Assembly (NCBI GenBank): GCA_033442325.1
Contig: JAWQFM010000013.1
Span: 1,585,160-1,649,159, forward strand
Source of the DNA: Salpingoeca rosetta
Taxonomy: Eukaryota > Protista > Choanoflagellata
Direction: 5' to 3'
Length of the DNA stretch: 64,000 nt
The translations under genes and the position numbers were made by a program. The notes under the pieces are model-generated. The model made no database searches, was not told the DNA's origin, and saw nothing but the letters and a program-made list of their open reading frames with translations. Shown piece by piece: positions 61,432 through 64,000 of this stretch (its first letter is position 1; the number at the start of each line of letters is the position of its first letter).

Positions 61432-64000
61432 ATGATGATGATGACACGACAACCAAGGCACGAAAGCAGCGACAGCAGCAGCAGCAACACTCGGAACGTA
61501 AGCAGCAGCGACAGCAGCAGCAGCGGGGATGATGACGTTGAGGATGTGGATGACCATCCCGACAAGAGGGTTGAAGAGGAGCAAAGTCGGCGACCCAGGG
61601 CACGCCGCGAAGCACACCCGACACACAAGCCACCATCATTGGGCAAATCCCTGCCGAGAGTAGATGAGGAAGTGGATGATGATGGCGACGATGATGCTGT
61701 GGCTCGGAGCGATTCCAAGTCTGATGAGAGAAGGCAAAGGAAGAGAGCAGGTCGGCCCAAGCGACGCCCTCGGCAACAGCGACAACGACAACCACATCAG
61801 CAGCAGCGGACTGCCAGCACGAAGTTGGAGGGCGCGCTCAGCGTCGATATCCACTCCTGCTCGGCGCTGCCATGCTCAACCCGGGTTGCTCAGCCATTTG
61901 TTCGCATGCATGTGATAGCCAAGCGCTCCTTGCAGCCGGCGTCGGCCACTTGTGATGACTCGTCGTCTAGCGGCCCTCGCCAGCGCCGGCGGCGGCAGAG
62001 GCGCGGGTCTGCCGGTGGCCCGACAAACGACAACGGCAGTGGAGGAGACTCGTCGTACGATTCTGCGGGAGAGGAAACGGGCCACTCATCCCGCGATACA
62101 CGCGCTCTCCACACTCGTCACAAACGCAAGCACATGTTCGAGTCGAAACCCGTGCATGTGGATCCATACAGTGCGCTGAGGGCGCGCTGGGAGGAGCAGA
62201 TTCGGACGGGCCTGTCGCTTGATGACTGCCGACCAGCGAATGCAGATGCAGTTGTTGTGTTCGAGGTTGTTGATCCGCCAGCCGTGAACATTGCCAGTGT
62301 GAAGCCTGCGGCTGCAGGAAGCAAACCAAAGGGGCCTCGGTTCGACCAGGAGTTTACACACGCGGTTGCCTTTCTTGACATGGCGACGCTGCTGGAGTAC
62401 CGCCGCAAACAGCAACAGCAGCAGCATGAGGAGGAGGGGGAGAAGGACGGGGGAGAGGAAGAGGAGGAGCAGCAGCAGCGACGGGCGAAAAGGCGTGACC
62501 GTCAACAAAGGAGCGGCTCAGGGGACCCAGCTGATGAGGAAGGGCACGAGATGGGGGCGAAGGGGGGCGTCGTCGAACACACGGGTGCAAACGAGCGACA
62601 ACCCGCGTCGAGTGGCAGCTCGCAGTCACTGACGCTGCCACATCTGCGGCTGCAGCTCTATCGACTCCACCACCTCACCTGGCTCGAGCGCTTACGGCGC
62701 TTTCGCCGACCTAGTGGACCTGCTGGCGCGCTTGACACCGCAGCACAACCGCCGTCATCAACGTCGACGTCATCGCAGTTGCGTGAACCATCACCACTCC
62801 CGCTGCGGCCGCTGTCGGCGTTCTACCAGCCGCCACCGGGCATGGAGGCGGAGCGGTTTGGCGGATACCTTGACGTGTCCATTCGAGCAACGCACGACGA
62901 CTCGATGGCGACGGCAGCGGCAGCGGCGCACACGGTCGAGCAGCGAGCAGCGGAGGCGCAGCACAACCAGGTGAAGCCAGCACATTTGCCGCTGTGCACA
63001 TCCCCCATGTGATTGTGTGTGTGTGTGAGTGAGTGAGTGTGAGTGAGTGTGAGTGAGTGTGTGAGTGTATGAGTGTGTGTGTGTGTATGAGAGTGTGCGT
63101 GTGTGTGTGTGTGCGTGCGTGTGCTCTCCTGTTTTGTTTTTCTTTGACGCGGTGTTGTATGGCCGTGGCAACCTTCAACAATGCTCATCTGCGCTCATCA
63201 CCATCGTGTTGATCAATTGCTAGGCTGCTGCTGGCGATGGTGGTGACAACAACAGCGACGACGACGATGACGACTGGAACCAGCATCCACTCGAGCGCAT
63301 TCCCGATGACTGGTACGCACGTTGGCCCGTTTTAGCCATGCGTATGTGCCTGTTGTATTGTGACGTTGAGCAGTACCGCCTCGATCACACTCACGAGTTC
63401 GAGGTTGGCACCATGCACACGGCTGTATGCTTCTGTTTGCGTACATCGTTTTGCACGTGTATGTGGATACGTGTGTGTGTGTGTTTGTGTCTTCAGGGAT
63501 CCGCACTGGGATTTGCTCGAATCAGAGGCACGAAAGGTTCCCGCTGTGGTTCACGACCCATTAGTACCAGGCACGCAAATCACGCTCGCACTTGCTCATG
63601 TGTGCCAGTGTGCGTGTGTGTGTGTGCGTGTGTGGGTATTTGTGCGTACGTTGTGTGCGTGTACATTTTGGTTTGTCGCACGTGTGCTGCAATTTGTTCC
63701 CCATGTGTGAGAAGCCGACCTCACTCCGTCTTTACTCTTGACCAAGCACACACACACATGCATACATATACATACATGCACACATGCACACATACACACA
63801 CATGCACGCATATACATACATGCACCCATGCACACATACACACACACACACGCTCACGTGCCCATCACTGCCACCAACCACAATCACCGCTGCTGCGTGT
63901 CCTGTTTTGCCAGACCAATCGGGCGGCTGCCATCGCGTTTCCTTCTCCAACAGCGGTTTTCTCGTCGCAATTGCCGCCCTCGCACGCTTCCCAACGTATG
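61432..64000 (+). CDS. AHI1: Jouberin/AHI1-like ciliary transition-zone protein, 5' part (C2-like domain)
   Basis: Motif order matches my recollection of AHI1: LSVDIH..QPFVRMHVI, WEEQI, VVFEVVD, AVAFL, LRLQLY, YLDVSIR, then exon W..L..EARKVP. The WD40/SH3 part is expected beyond the window. Confidence 0.72.

Overview
This is intron-rich, gene-dense eukaryotic genomic DNA, saturated with (CA)n/(GT)n microsatellites and containing three assembly gaps. The gene style and the animal-like gene content suggest a choanoflagellate such as Salpingoeca rosetta; this is an inference, not verified. Most ORFs in the supplied track are microsatellite artefacts, so I rebuilt genes by joining exons at GT-AG junctions, and CDS coordinates are gene spans including introns. 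Genes, left to right: polypeptide GalNAc-transferase (-), opine dehydrogenase (-), F-box/Kelch protein (-), Tyr/Thr-repeat secreted protein copy A (+, runs into a gap), aquaporin (+), small coiled-coil protein (+), histidine phosphatase (-), ICMT/PEMT-family methyltransferase (+), SmB (+), GNAT acyltransferase (+), core-1 galactosyltransferase with a ricin domain (-), His-rich SAM methyltransferase (+), DUS2 (-), SIMPL-domain protein (+), OGG1 (+), large coiled-coil protein (-), two-module granulin (+), low-complexity protein (-), Tyr/Thr-repeat membrane protein copy B (+), and the 5' part of AHI1/Jouberin (+). Most notable: (1) a recently duplicated, intronless, repeat-shuffled Tyr/Thr/Pro/Lys surface protein lying in the same window as the first two enzymes of mucin-type O-glycosylation; (2) intronic microsatellites that are polarised (GT at the 5' end, CA at the 3' end) and often supply the splice sites themselves; (3) a lectin-fused T-synthase; (4) an aquaporin with a His-His-Ala-Arg filter; (5) an OGG1 lacking its catalytic HhH-GPD segment.
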